NCBI GenBank assembly: GCA_963700285.1
Contig: CAVOXA010000001.1
Span: 1,664,001 to 1,728,000 of the forward strand
Length of the DNA stretch: 64,000 nucleotides
DNA from: an uncultured Chloroflexia bacterium
Lineage (GTDB): Bacteria; Chloroflexota; Anaerolineae; JAAYZQ01
Reading direction: 5' to 3'
Shown: positions 41,286-50,856 of the stretch, one piece after another
How the letters are laid out: each line of letters begins with the position of its first letter
How positions within the stretch are numbered: position 1 is the stretch's first letter
Position numbers and translations under genes: made by a program
The notes under the pieces: model-generated
Databases searched by the model: none
What the model was told of the DNA's origin: nothing
What the model saw: only the letters and a program-made list of their open reading frames with translations

Positions 41286-42035
41286 TCATCGGCGCACAAC
41301 GTGGAACCGGAAGAACTTGGGGACAAAGTAGTTGCGCGAGCAATCCAGGGCACTGCCGTCGGTGTCAAAGACCACTTCCTCCATCATCAGCACGGCCTGT
41401 CCTGGCTCAATGGCCAGCTTTGAGGCGAGCCGGGCGTCGGCGCTGATGGCCACGATATCCGCCACGGCCTGGTCTACCTGCACGCCCTGGTCCTGCCTCA
41501 GAAGATCGATCACGGAGCCGGTAAAGGTTGCATCGACTGCTTCCACGGACAGGATTGAGGCCAGCACCAGATCGACCATGTAGGCAACTGGCCTCCCCTC
41601 GGCCACGATAACGCGCTCGACACTGGTGAGGGCAGTGCCGGTGGGAACCTGCAGCTTTTCGCACAACTCGGGGTCAGATGTCACCTCCCCAAGCTGCAGA
41701 TCATCGTACCCGAGCTGCAGCCCTTGCCGTCCGGCCAGCTCCAGGATGCTCTCCAGGCGCTCCAGGCCGCCTTCGAGCCGGCCCCCTCGGCCATTTGCGA
41801 CAAAGGTGCCCACACCATGGCGCCGGACGACCATGCCTTCCTGTTCAAGATTCTGCAAAGCTTCCCGCAGGGTGGGGCGGGAAATGCCCAGCTGCCCGGC
41901 CAGGTCGGTCTCCGAGGGCAGTTGCTCACCTGGCTGGTATGTCCCGCCCTCAATCAGACTCAGCAGGTACTGCTGCGCCTGTGTGGCGAGAGAAACGCGA
42001 TTAAGTATGAGCGGCTGGACTGTATCGTCAGTCAT
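41286..42035 (-). CDS. GntR/HutC-family regulator (wHTH + UTRA)
   Basis: LPSETDLAGQLGISRPTLREAL, RRHGVGTFV; start reassigned to MTDDT, downstream of the promoter. Confidence 0.9.
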   Translation of the reverse strand: MTDDTVQPLILNRVSLATQAQQYLLSLIEGGTYQPGEQLPSETDLAGQLGISRPTLREALQNLEQEGMVVRRHGVGTFVANGRGGRLEGGLERLESILELAGRQGLQLGYDDLQLGEVTSDPELCEKLQVPTGTALTSVERVIVAEGRPVAYMVDLVLASILSVEAVDATFTGSVIDLLRQDQGVQVDQAVADIVAISADARLASKLAIEPGQAVLMMEEVVFDTDGSALDCSRNYFVPKFFRFHVVRR

Positions 42036-42093
42036 CTGACGTCTGACCTCTGAGATATGACAGCAGTATATCATGGTTAGGTCTGGCTGTCAA
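42031..42093 (-). promoter_or_regulatory. Promoter and probable GntR autoregulatory operator
   Basis: Minus strand TTGACA-N17-TATACT; TCAGA repeated three times with 7-nt period, running into the ATG. Confidence 0.7.
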
Positions 42094-42129
42094 GGAGGAA
42101 GTGCTCCATTGCAGGTTGCCAACCGGTCC

Positions 42130-42290
42130 TTCAGAGTCGGTGCGGATCCGCGCATCGGTTTCGAGCCAATACTCGTTGTGGGACTCGAAACGGTCTATCT
42201 TGCCGTGGCGATGGGTAAAATGCCCGCAGGCGCGCAGGATCTGGTCATAGTTGTGCATGTCGTCGACATAATAGTACTCAACCGGGCTTC
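42130..42290 (-). pseudogene. Remnant of an ATP-grasp-type protein N-terminal region
   Basis: EYYYVDDMHNYDQILRACGHFTHRHGKIDRFESHNEYWLETDARIRTD, with no credible start or continuation. Confidence 0.55.
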
Positions 42291-42379
42291 CCGGAGTTCG
42301 GGGCTTGGCGTTGGCTCTCTCTGCGGGTATCATACTTCCAGCCGGGGTAAGCGACGTCGCCGTCGCCAGAACGGGGCCA

Positions 42380-42601
42380 TTCTACTACAGAACACGCCTC
42401 CTCGAAATCAACAATGCCCATCAGCGCCGTATCCGACGGGTCGCACAGGATATTCGACGAATCCAGATCGCCGTGAACCAGAGTCGGTTTGAAGCTCCGG
42501 TATCCTTGATCGGCCAGGAACGACTCGAATAGTGCCCGTGTCCAGGTTCGCTCTCGAACGCTTAGAGATGGGTAGACGTGCTGTCTGACCTCACCGTACA
42601 A
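42380..42601 (-). pseudogene. Aminoglycoside-phosphotransferase-family fragment
   Basis: PTLVHGDLDSSNIL...GIVDFEEA motifs only; both ends missing. Confidence 0.6.
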
Positions 42602-42661
42602 TGCCTGCTGTCTTTTACTTGTGCAGGCCCGATGCGCGGCAGTACGATGGGCCGGAGCGTT

Positions 42662-43132
42662 CTAGGTGGGGTGCTGTGCTGGTTCCTGAGCTGATTTGAT
42701 GATGCCCTCCAGCTTTTCGACATAAACAGGTGGAAGCTGCAGGGACCTGGCCCCGGCTAGAATGGGCCGGACATAGTCCTTGGATGGCTGGAAGGGACCA
42801 CCTGGCTCGGGAATGACATAGGTAATCGCTGCTATTTCTGTACCGTCCTTCCCGCTCACGCTGATGTCAATCTTCTGGTAGTAGCCCTTGTCCACCCCAG
42901 CTATGGCGTCCAGGGCTTCGAGCGCTTTGGGGCTCATCTCATAGAGGAGGCCCAGTATTTCTTCGTCGCCAGCTTCCTCCAGGTTGCAGCCTCCACCCGA
43001 ACTGCCCTGGCCGTAGGTTGCGAAAGAGACCCTGTAGCCTGATAACCGTGCGATTCCCGTGGGCTTTGCCGATGGGCTATATTTGCCCATTTCCTCGGCG
43101 TCCAGAAGCGTGCAGTAGGCAAAGTAGAGCAT
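42662..43132 (-). CDS. Gamma-glutamylcyclotransferase (AIG2-like) family protein
   Basis: MLYFAY..L, GLLYEM, LDAIAG...Y, PSKDY; RBS GGAGG-like; extended -10 TGGTATAAT upstream. Confidence 0.75.
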   Translation of the reverse strand: MLYFAYCTLLDAEEMGKYSPSAKPTGIARLSGYRVSFATYGQGSSGGGCNLEEAGDEEILGLLYEMSPKALEALDAIAGVDKGYYQKIDISVSGKDGTEIAAITYVIPEPGGPFQPSKDYVRPILAGARSLQLPPVYVEKLEGIIKSAQEPAQHPT

Positions 43133-43328
43133 ATCCCCTCCTCTGGTTGGGCGGATCCGTAGCATGACCAGCGCTGTGGTCACTCGTGAGGCCATTATAC
43201 ACCACAGTGCCTGAAGTGACAAACAGGCGAAAACGGCACCTGGCTCTCTTTGCACTTCCGGGGCTTTCCGGCTAGAATGGTTCGAGATGATAATCGGTAG
43301 GGTAGTCGAGGATTGGAGGAAGTGAGAG

Positions 43329-44090
43329 ATGAGCAGCGATCAGCCGGCCCTCATCCTTTCCGGAAAGACCAAACCGTACCTTATGGCCCACCGCGGCAAC
43401 AGGGTGGCCTGCCCGGAGAATACCCTGGCTGCTTTCCGGCAGGCGCTGTTCGACGGAGCGGACATCATCGAGACCGACCTGCACCTGACGGCCGACGAGG
43501 TCTTTGTCTGTATCCACGATGCGACGGTAGATCGCACGACGGATGGCACCGGGGCGGTGGCCGGCTTGACATTGGCCGAGCTAAAGGGGTTGAGCGCGGC
43601 CTGTGGCCGCCCGGAATTCGAGGCAGAGCGTATCCCGACACTGACGGAACTGGCTACCATGCTACCCGGTGACGTGGCGCTTGGCCTGGAGCTGAAGAGC
43701 GATCGTTTCCTCGAGCCTGAGGTCTGCGCGAGCCTTTTGGCCGAGCTGGACCGGACCGGAGTCCGCAGCCGGACGGTGGCGCTGTCCTTTTCGCTGGCCA
43801 GGCTGCAAGCTGTGCAGGCGGTCGCCCCCGACATGCCCATCGGTTGGATCACGCTTACGCGACTTGTGCCCCTTCGAGAGGCCCAACTGCTGGGGCCGCT
43901 GTGGCTGCTTCCCTTCCTGAATCCTCTCTATGTCTGGCTGGCGCACAGGCGCGGACAAGTGGTCTGCCCCCTGGATCCCACTCCCGACAAGCGGCTGCGA
44001 TTCTACCGCTGGCTGGGTTGTGACGCGGTGCTGTCCGACGATCCTGGAGCAACGCGCCGGGCGCTGCAGAGGCTCGGAGCCCCAAAGTGA
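43329..44090 (+). CDS. Glycerophosphodiester phosphodiesterase family protein
   Basis: AHRG, PENTLAAF, ETD, HDATVDRTTDG, ELK. Confidence 0.9.
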   Translation: MSSDQPALILSGKTKPYLMAHRGNRVACPENTLAAFRQALFDGADIIETDLHLTADEVFVCIHDATVDRTTDGTGAVAGLTLAELKGLSAACGRPEFEAERIPTLTELATMLPGDVALGLELKSDRFLEPEVCASLLAELDRTGVRSRTVALSFSLARLQAVQAVAPDMPIGWITLTRLVPLREAQLLGPLWLLPFLNPLYVWLAHRRGQVVCPLDPTPDKRLRFYRWLGCDAVLSDDPGATRRALQRLGAPK

Positions 44091-44224
44091 CGGTGTCCCG
44101 AACGCGATCCAGAGGGGTTCGTACATCCCAACTTCTGGTTGTTCCCTACAGTAAGCTTTCCGTTTGGCCCAATACTGCCCCGAGCCGCGCTGTGTTTACC
44201 TTTCTTGAAGGCGCATTGCTCACA

Positions 44225-44254
44225 TTGACAAGATGGCGCTATTCGTGGTAGAAT
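44225..44254 (+). promoter_or_regulatory. Near-consensus sigma70 promoter with extended -10
   Basis: TTGACA-N18-TAGAAT with TGn preceding the -10. Confidence 0.75.
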
Positions 44255-44259
44255 AGGCC

Positions 44260-44568
44260 TAAGGGTGTCGTTCCATGCTGGGCTGATACGGAAGCTGCGA
44301 GCCTGGCCTCCGGCAGTCGGTTCATGCGCACGGGGAAAGGAAGCGTACAGTGCAGTACGGTGCCAGCCACCGAGTCCTCAAGCCAGGGGATGCGGTAGCA
44401 ATATCCGCCGTTCTGACCCACTGGCCTCAGCATCTGATCCATGGGGCCAGGTGGTCGACGATCCAGTGGGTGTCGCAGTGGACGATAGCCTCTGGCTATT
44501 GGCGCGCGGAACCAGATCTCTGAGGTGGCTCCTGCAAGCAAGCACAGGATACCGCCTCTTTTTGTTTT
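44260..44568 (+). ncRNA. Unassigned structured leader RNA / candidate riboswitch or sRNA
   Basis: Lies between a promoter and a terminator; several stems, a GCAA tetraloop and mutually exclusive pairings; no credible ORF. Confidence 0.5.
44522..44568 (+). terminator. Intrinsic terminator upstream of the ABC operon
   Basis: GAGGTGG-C-TCCTG...CAGGA-TA-CCGCCTC followed by TTTTTGTTTT. Confidence 0.7.
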
Positions 44569-44719
44569 CTGCAGCCAAGGTCGCTGTGCAAAGGGCCGAG
44601 GCCAGGTGCTCATCCAACGGGTCCCCGGAGGTGCAAGGCAATTGATCTACGGTCCAATGGGGTTAGCCATCCCACTTGCTGGATTTCTGGTTACAGACAT
44701 TTCACCGGAGGGAAAGAAC

Positions 44720-45757
44720 ATGAATCGTAAGATGCTGTTTGTGACACTCATCGTCTTGATGAGCCTGGTGTTGGGGCTGGCTGGTTGCAGCACCGAAAAG
44801 GAGAGCACAGAGATCAATGTGCTCTGCACGCCCCAGGAAGAGTGGTGCCAAGGGATGAAGCAGGAATTTGAGGACAAGTATGGCATCACCGTCAACTATG
44901 TCCGCATGTCCAGTGGCGAGTCGCTGGCCCGTCTGCGGGCCGAAAAGGACAACCCCCAGTTCGATATCTGGTGGGGAGGACCCATCGATAGCTTTGTCGC
45001 GGCCAAGGGTGAGGGTCTGCTGGAAGCCTATGATTCGCCCAACTATGGGAATCTCCTGGACCAAGACAAGTTCAAAGACCCGGACAACTACTGGGCCGGC
45101 ATCTATGTCGGCAGCCTCGGCTTTTGCACCAACGAGGATTGGCTGGCGCAAAACCCAGGCGTAGAGCCTCCCACTTCTTGGGACGATCTGCTCAAGCCCG
45201 AGTTCGCCGACCAGCTCATGGTTGCCCACCCCTCAACTTCCGGCACGTCCTACACAGCGCTGGCCACCGTTCTCCAGCTCAGGGGCGAGGACGCGGGCTG
45301 GGAATACCTAAACAAGTATGCCGATCAGATGTTCCAGTTCACCAAGAGTGGCGCGGCCCCGGCCAAGTTTGTGGGCCAGGGCGAGGCAGGGGTATGCATC
45401 GTCTTCTCGCACGACATCGTGCACGAGATCGAGGACAACGGGATGCCGCTGGCGCTGACCTTCCCGGAAGAGGGAACCGGCTATGAGATCGGCGGCATGG
45501 GCATCGTCAAGGGGGCGGCACACCTGGATGCGGCCCAGAAGTGGTTCGACTGGGCGCTGACCTCCGAGGCGCAGTCGCTGGGCCCCAAGTACCACGCTTA
45601 TCAGGCGCCGACGGTCGAGGGCGTGGAGCTGTCCCATCCCGAACTGCTCGAGGTCAACCTCATCGACTACGACTTCCAGTGGGCCGGGGAGAACAAGAAG
45701 GCATTCATCGACAAGTTCACCAACGAGATCTCTGCTGCTGACCAGCTGAAGGAGTAG
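44720..45757 (+). CDS. ABC substrate-binding lipoprotein (AfuA/FbpA-like)
   Basis: Lipobox LAGC; RMSSGE, DIWWGG, HPSTSGT, PEEGTGYEIGG. Confidence 0.88.
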   Translation: MNRKMLFVTLIVLMSLVLGLAGCSTEKESTEINVLCTPQEEWCQGMKQEFEDKYGITVNYVRMSSGESLARLRAEKDNPQFDIWWGGPIDSFVAAKGEGLLEAYDSPNYGNLLDQDKFKDPDNYWAGIYVGSLGFCTNEDWLAQNPGVEPPTSWDDLLKPEFADQLMVAHPSTSGTSYTALATVLQLRGEDAGWEYLNKYADQMFQFTKSGAAPAKFVGQGEAGVCIVFSHDIVHEIEDNGMPLALTFPEEGTGYEIGGMGIVKGAAHLDAAQKWFDWALTSEAQSLGPKYHAYQAPTVEGVELSHPELLEVNLIDYDFQWAGENKKAFIDKFTNEISAADQLKE

Positions 45758-45769
45758 GGGTTTTCTGCC

Positions 45770-45800
45770 AAGTGGGCGAGGGCAAGCCCCTCGCCCACTT
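45770..45800. repeat. Perfect 13-bp stem-loop after the binding-protein gene
   Basis: AAGTGGGCGAGGG-CAAGC-CCCTCGCCCACTT. Confidence 0.8.
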
Positions 45801-45817
45801 TGCTACGGGGGACCAAC

Positions 45818-48115
45818 ATGGCTGTATCTGCGCCGCTGAAAACAGACCGGACCGAAGGTCGACGGCTGACGTCGCTCCGGAACCGCTACCGTGAGTTTGC
45901 CCTCATTGCCCGCGACCCGGTATTGATGCTCAGCCTGCTATATGTGGGTCTTTTTCTGTTTATCTTTGTTGTCTTTCCACTTTTCCGCGGCACTTCCAAC
46001 GGCTTTATAGATCAGGAAACCGGCAAGTTCAGCGTCGAGTACTTTCGCCGCTACTTTGATCCCTATTACAGCCCCTATCTCCGTCGCGTGTTCCGCGATA
46101 CCATCATCATGGGCGTGCTGACGGCGACCGGAGGCACGGCGCTGGGTTTTGTCTTTGCCTACGCCATGGTGCGATGCAGCATGCCCTTCCGGCGGTTAAT
46201 CCACCTGCTGGCCCTGGTGCCGACCGTTTCGCCTCCCTTCGCCATCGCTCTCAGCACCATCCTTCTGTTTGGCCGAAACGGGCTGATCAGCCGCAAGCTG
46301 CTGGGTATGACCTTTCCTCCAGGGTCCAACGACATCTATGGCATGGACGGCCTGGTGTTCGTGCAGACAATCACCTTCTTTTCGGTGGCCTACCTCATTG
46401 TCCGGGCCATGTTGGAGCGACTGGATCCCAGCATGGAAGAGGCGGCGCACAGCCTGGGTGCCGGCAAGTTTCACATCTTTCGTACGGTGACCCTGCCTCT
46501 TCTCATCCCCGGCATCGCCGGTTCCTTCCTGCTGCTCTTTGTCGAGTCTCTGGCGGACCTTGGCAACCCTCTCTTTATCTCGGGCAACGTGATGGTTCTG
46601 TCGGCCCAGATCTTTCTGGCCGTGGCAGGTGAGTATGACTACCAGAAGGCCTCCGCTCTTGCATTGGTGCTCCTGATCCCCACGCTGGTCGTTTTCCTGG
46701 TACAGCGCTACTATGTGACACGCCGATCCTACGTTTCGGTGACCGGCAAACCGACTGGCGGGCAGATCATGGTCAAGGAACCGGTGATCCGCTGGTCGTT
46801 CATCATCGTCACCTACCTGGTCTGCCTGCTCATCATTGTGCTCTATGCCGGCATCTTTTGGGGATCCTTTGCCACAGCCTGGGGCGTGGACTATACGCCC
46901 ACCCTGGAGTGGTGGCGGCTGATGGTCACCCGCGGTGTGGAGTCTATCCTCGACACCACCTTCTTGAGCGCTTTCGCCACGCCTATCGCCGCCCTGACGG
47001 GCATGGTCGTCGCCTTTCTCGTGGTGCGCAAGCGCTTCAGCGGAAAGGACGCGGTGGACTTTACCTCCAACCTGGGTGGGGCCGTTCCGGGTACGATTCT
47101 AGGCATCGGTTTTGTTCTGGCCTTCAGCACACCGCCCATGATCGTCGTGGTCGTGCTCTATGTGCTGCTGGCTTTCTATCTGGCGCGGACGGCCTACAGT
47201 ACCCGTCGCGAACAGTGGATTGTGCTTGGGGTTGGGACTGTCACAGGCCTGCTGCTTAGCCAACTGGATAGGTTCCTGGGCGACGAGGGAATGATGTATT
47301 TGGTGGGCGGCATCTTTATCGGGTTGGGCCTTTTGCTGTGGTTGTGGCAGAAGCGACAGTCGCTGCGGCCCGTGGCCGGGTGGATCCTGATCGGCCTGGG
47401 GGCCTATTTGCTGGCTGCCAACCTCGTTGTCTATGCGGCCATGCCCATCGCCATGGCGAGTCGAGCCCTTCCGCGTGGTTTCTGGAGCAATGCTCTCTTT
47501 CAGTTTGCCGACTACATCCAGGTCTTTTTCCAGACACCCACGCCTCTGTCGGCCATCATCTATACCTTTGCGATTGTGTTGGTGGTGGGCAGGGTCGCGG
47601 GTATCGTGCGCCTGGGGCTGACGACGGTGTTGCTGGCCCTGGTGGCTGTGATGTGCTTCATGGGCAAACCTCTGGCCCTGGTGGGTTCGGCCTATATCAT
47701 CATTGCCGCCTATGCGGTGCGCAGTTTGCCCGCCTCGGTACGGGCCGGCATCGCCGCCCTGCAGCAGATCGACCCCAGTATTGAGGAGGCATCCAACAAC
47801 CTGGGCGCCGACGCCCAGTACACCTTCCGCAAGGTGACCCTGCCCCTTATCCTGCCAGCCCTGTTGGCCGGCCTGATTTTCGCCTTTACGCGGCACATGA
47901 CCAGCCTATCGGCCATCATCTTTCTGGTCAGCCCCCGGTGGCGCATCGTGACGGCCAGCATCCTGAGCGAGTGGGAGCAGGGTGGTGTCGGAGTGGCTGC
48001 TGCCTATTCTGTCACCCTCATCGTGCTGGTGATGATCGCCATCGCCGTGCTCTATTTCTTGGTCAACAAGCTCTTTGGTGGCCGGGGTGACGTAGACCTG
48101 TCGTTGGGAGCCTAG
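45818..48115 (+). CDS. ABC permease with two BPD domains and extra TM segments
   Basis: Two EAA loops (MEEAAHSLGA, IEEASNNLGA); unusually long. Confidence 0.9.
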   Translation: MAVSAPLKTDRTEGRRLTSLRNRYREFALIARDPVLMLSLLYVGLFLFIFVVFPLFRGTSNGFIDQETGKFSVEYFRRYFDPYYSPYLRRVFRDTIIMGVLTATGGTALGFVFAYAMVRCSMPFRRLIHLLALVPTVSPPFAIALSTILLFGRNGLISRKLLGMTFPPGSNDIYGMDGLVFVQTITFFSVAYLIVRAMLERLDPSMEEAAHSLGAGKFHIFRTVTLPLLIPGIAGSFLLLFVESLADLGNPLFISGNVMVLSAQIFLAVAGEYDYQKASALALVLLIPTLVVFLVQRYYVTRRSYVSVTGKPTGGQIMVKEPVIRWSFIIVTYLVCLLIIVLYAGIFWGSFATAWGVDYTPTLEWWRLMVTRGVESILDTTFLSAFATPIAALTGMVVAFLVVRKRFSGKDAVDFTSNLGGAVPGTILGIGFVLAFSTPPMIVVVVLYVLLAFYLARTAYSTRREQWIVLGVGTVTGLLLSQLDRFLGDEGMMYLVGGIFIGLGLLLWLWQKRQSLRPVAGWILIGLGAYLLAANLVVYAAMPIAMASRALPRGFWSNALFQFADYIQVFFQTPTPLSAIIYTFAIVLVVGRVAGIVRLGLTTVLLALVAVMCFMGKPLALVGSAYIIIAAYAVRSLPASVRAGIAALQQIDPSIEEASNNLGADAQYTFRKVTLPLILPALLAGLIFAFTRHMTSLSAIIFLVSPRWRIVTASILSEWEQGGVGVAAAYSVTLIVLVMIAIAVLYFLVNKLFGGRGDVDLSLGA

Positions 48116-48119
48116 TCTC

Positions 48120-49199
48120 ATGTATCTAACGCTTGAAGATGTTGTCAAAGTCTTTACTGCTCGTGGCGGCAGCGGCGAGGTGACCGCTGTGGATCACGTG
48201 GACATCGAGATCGAAGAGGGTGAGCTGGTGACCCTGTTGGGACCGTCGGGCTGCGGCAAGACCACCACGCTGCGGCTCATCGCCGGCTTTGAGTTCCCAA
48301 CAGAGGGCACCATCCGGCTGGACGGCCAGGTCATCAATCAGGAGCCGCCCCACAAGCGCGGAATGAGCATGGTCTTCCAGAGCTATGCGATCTTTCCCCA
48401 CCTCACCGTCTTTGAGAATACGGCCTACGGGCTTAACGTCCAGCGCATATCCAAGAAAGAGGTCCAGGACCGTGTGGCGCGCTCCCTGGAGTTGGTGGAA
48501 CTAACCGGGCTGGAGAACCGGGCGCCCAACCAACTCTCCGGCGGGCAGCAGCAGCGCGTGGCGCTGGCCCGCGCCCTGGTCATGGAGCCCAAGGTCTTGC
48601 TCATGGACGAACCCCTGTCCAACCTGGACGCCAAGCTGCGCGAGCAGATGCGCACCGAGATCCGGCGCATCCAGAAGCGCCTGGGCATCACCAGTGTCTA
48701 TGTCACCCACGACCAGGTGGAGGCCATGACCCTCTCGGATCGGATCGTGGTCATGAACGAGGGCAAGATCGAGCAGATCGGTTCGCCGACCGAGATCTAT
48801 CGCCGGCCCCAGACCCGTTTCGTGGCAGACTTTATCGGCCAGGCCAACTTTGTAGAAGGGATCGTGCGTGAGCAGCGGGAGGGGGAGTTGGTCCTCGACG
48901 CCCTCGGCACCAAGCTGACGGTCCCAGCACCTGGCAGCAACTTTTACAAGGATCAGACGGCGATCCTCGTGATACGGCCCGAGATGGTCGAGATCGATCC
49001 CGCCGAGGCGCAGGTGGAGGGTATCGTACGCAGGGCGACCTACCTGGGCAACGTCGTCGAATATGACGTTGAAGTGGCCGGCCAGCTCCTGGCTCTGGTT
49101 GAATACGATCCGCGCCACACCACCATTCATCCCGAAGGACAGACAATGGGCCTCCGTTTTCTCGAGGACTGCCTCTATGTCCTGCCCCAGCGGGAGTAG
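48120..49199 (+). CDS. ABC ATPase with TOBE domain
   Basis: [25 protein letters not shown]. Confidence 0.93.
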   Translation: MYLTLEDVVKVFTARGGSGEVTAVDHVDIEIEEGELVTLLGPSGCGKTTTLRLIAGFEFPTEGTIRLDGQVINQEPPHKRGMSMVFQSYAIFPHLTVFENTAYGLNVQRISKKEVQDRVARSLELVELTGLENRAPNQLSGGQQQRVALARALVMEPKVLLMDEPLSNLDAKLREQMRTEIRRIQKRLGITSVYVTHDQVEAMTLSDRIVVMNEGKIEQIGSPTEIYRRPQTRFVADFIGQANFVEGIVREQREGELVLDALGTKLTVPAPGSNFYKDQTAILVIRPEMVEIDPAEAQVEGIVRRATYLGNVVEYDVEVAGQLLALVEYDPRHTTIHPEGQTMGLRFLEDCLYVLPQRE

Positions 49200-49207
49200 C
49201 TTCTCTT

Positions 49208-49963
49208 GTGATAGACCTCGCCGTCGTCGATATTGACGGCTGCTTGACCCCTGGGGTGGCCAGCGACTGGAACTGGGAGGCCCTGCGGTCCATACTCGAC
49301 CTCAACCGGCGGGCGCGGTGCGGTGAGCAAGTGCCGGCTGTCACGTTGTGTACCGGCCGCCAGCAGCCCTACGTCGAAGTACTCATGCAGGCCATCGGCG
49401 CCAGTCTGCCTGGGATCTATGAGAACGGCTGCGGACTGTACTTCCCCGACTCGTACCGCTTTGCCCTTCATCCTCTCATTTCCGTAGAGACGCGGGAGGT
49501 TCTGGCTGTGGCCAGGGCGAACCTTCTTTGCGAGGTCATCGAACCGGGGTTGGGGTATTTCCAGCCGGGAAGAGACTTCTCGCTGAGCATTTTTCCGTCG
49601 GCCCGCATTGGGGTTGTGGATCTGTGCCGGGTGGTGACCAACGTTCTGCATGCACACAAAACCTCTCTGACAGTTCAGAACTCAACGGCGTGTGTGGACA
49701 TAACTCCAATAGGCATCGACAAAGGAACCGGCCTGCGTTGGCTGGCCGAGGAGGCGGGGATCCCGCTGGAGCGCATGGGCGGCATTGGTGACTCGACCAG
49801 CGATCTAGGGTTCCTGCGTTTGGCGGGGCGTTCTGCGGCGCCGGCCAACGCAGTGGAGGAGGTCCGGGCGGCGGTATCCTATGTCTCGCCCTACGAGGAT
49901 GGCGATGGCGTGGTCGATATCTTGCAGGGCTGGGCCAGGGACCGGCAGGAGGAAACGGCGTGA
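49208..49963 (+). CDS. HAD-superfamily (Cof/IIB) phosphatase
   Basis: DIDGCLT, CTGR, DKG, GDSTSD, PANA. Confidence 0.88.
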   Translation: MIDLAVVDIDGCLTPGVASDWNWEALRSILDLNRRARCGEQVPAVTLCTGRQQPYVEVLMQAIGASLPGIYENGCGLYFPDSYRFALHPLISVETREVLAVARANLLCEVIEPGLGYFQPGRDFSLSIFPSARIGVVDLCRVVTNVLHAHKTSLTVQNSTACVDITPIGIDKGTGLRWLAEEAGIPLERMGGIGDSTSDLGFLRLAGRSAAPANAVEEVRAAVSYVSPYEDGDGVVDILQGWARDRQEETA

Positions 49964-50826
49964 CTGCAACCTATGACACGGACGTTATGATGTTGGGACA
50001 TTTCGCCCGAGATCGTCTGGTCGTCGATGGACAGGGCGAGATCGTGTCAGGCGGTGGAGTCTACTATGGCAGCGTGGCTCTGCGCCATCTGGGCATTGGC
50101 GTTGCGGTTGTCACCCGGCTGCATCCAGACCACTTTCCGCTATTGGATGAGCTTAGGCGAGAGGGAGTCGATGTCTATGCCACGCCAGCTTCAGAAACTT
50201 CTGGCATCGAGAACATCTATGACTCGGCCGACATGGAGCGGCGCATCTGCAAGCCCCTGGGCTTTGCCGGTTCCATTCGGCCTCAGGACGTCCCGGATCT
50301 CTGGGCCCAGGTCTATGTGGCCGCCTCCATTATCGCTGGCGAGATCGATCTCGCGCTCCTCAAGGCCCTGGCGCGGCGTGGGCCTGTGGCCCTTGATGTG
50401 CAGGGCTTTGTCCGCGTCCGCGATGGCGGCGATCTGGTCTTCCGCCAGTGGCCTGACATGGAGGAGGGACTGGCCCAGGTGACCTACCTCAAGGTTGACC
50501 GCGCCGAGGCCGAGCTGCTGACAGGCCAGACCAATCTGGAACTGGCCGCCCGCCAGCTAACCGAGTACGGGCCAAGCGAGATCGTCGTCACCCAATCCTC
50601 AGGCGTCACAGTTCTTGCGGATGGCTGCCTCTATCAAGCGCCTTTTACCTCCCGTTCCCTCTCGGGGCGGACAGGCCGGGGTGATACCTGTTTCGCTGCC
50701 TACCTTGGCTGCCGGCTGACCGAGCCACCAGCGCAGGCAACCCGTCTGGCTGGGGCTGTCACTTCCCTCAAACAGGAAAAGCCCGGCCCCTGGCGCGGCA
50801 GCCTGGCCGACCTGCAGCAGATATGA
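49960..50826 (+). CDS. PfkB-family carbohydrate kinase
   Basis: GGGVYY, DVQG, EAELLTG, GRTGRGDTCFA. Confidence 0.85.
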   Translation: MTATYDTDVMMLGHFARDRLVVDGQGEIVSGGGVYYGSVALRHLGIGVAVVTRLHPDHFPLLDELRREGVDVYATPASETSGIENIYDSADMERRICKPLGFAGSIRPQDVPDLWAQVYVAASIIAGEIDLALLKALARRGPVALDVQGFVRVRDGGDLVFRQWPDMEEGLAQVTYLKVDRAEAELLTGQTNLELAARQLTEYGPSEIVVTQSSGVTVLADGCLYQAPFTSRSLSGRTGRGDTCFAAYLGCRLTEPPAQATRLAGAVTSLKQEKPGPWRGSLADLQQI

Positions 50827-50856
50827 ACAGGCGCAGACAGACAGGGAACGCCCATC

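Noticed and set aside
44260-44568. SRP RNA, tmRNA, T-box or lysine riboswitch
   Set aside because: Only partial resemblances (GGAAAGGAAGC, GGGCTGAT, CGGAACC); the full consensus elements are absent.
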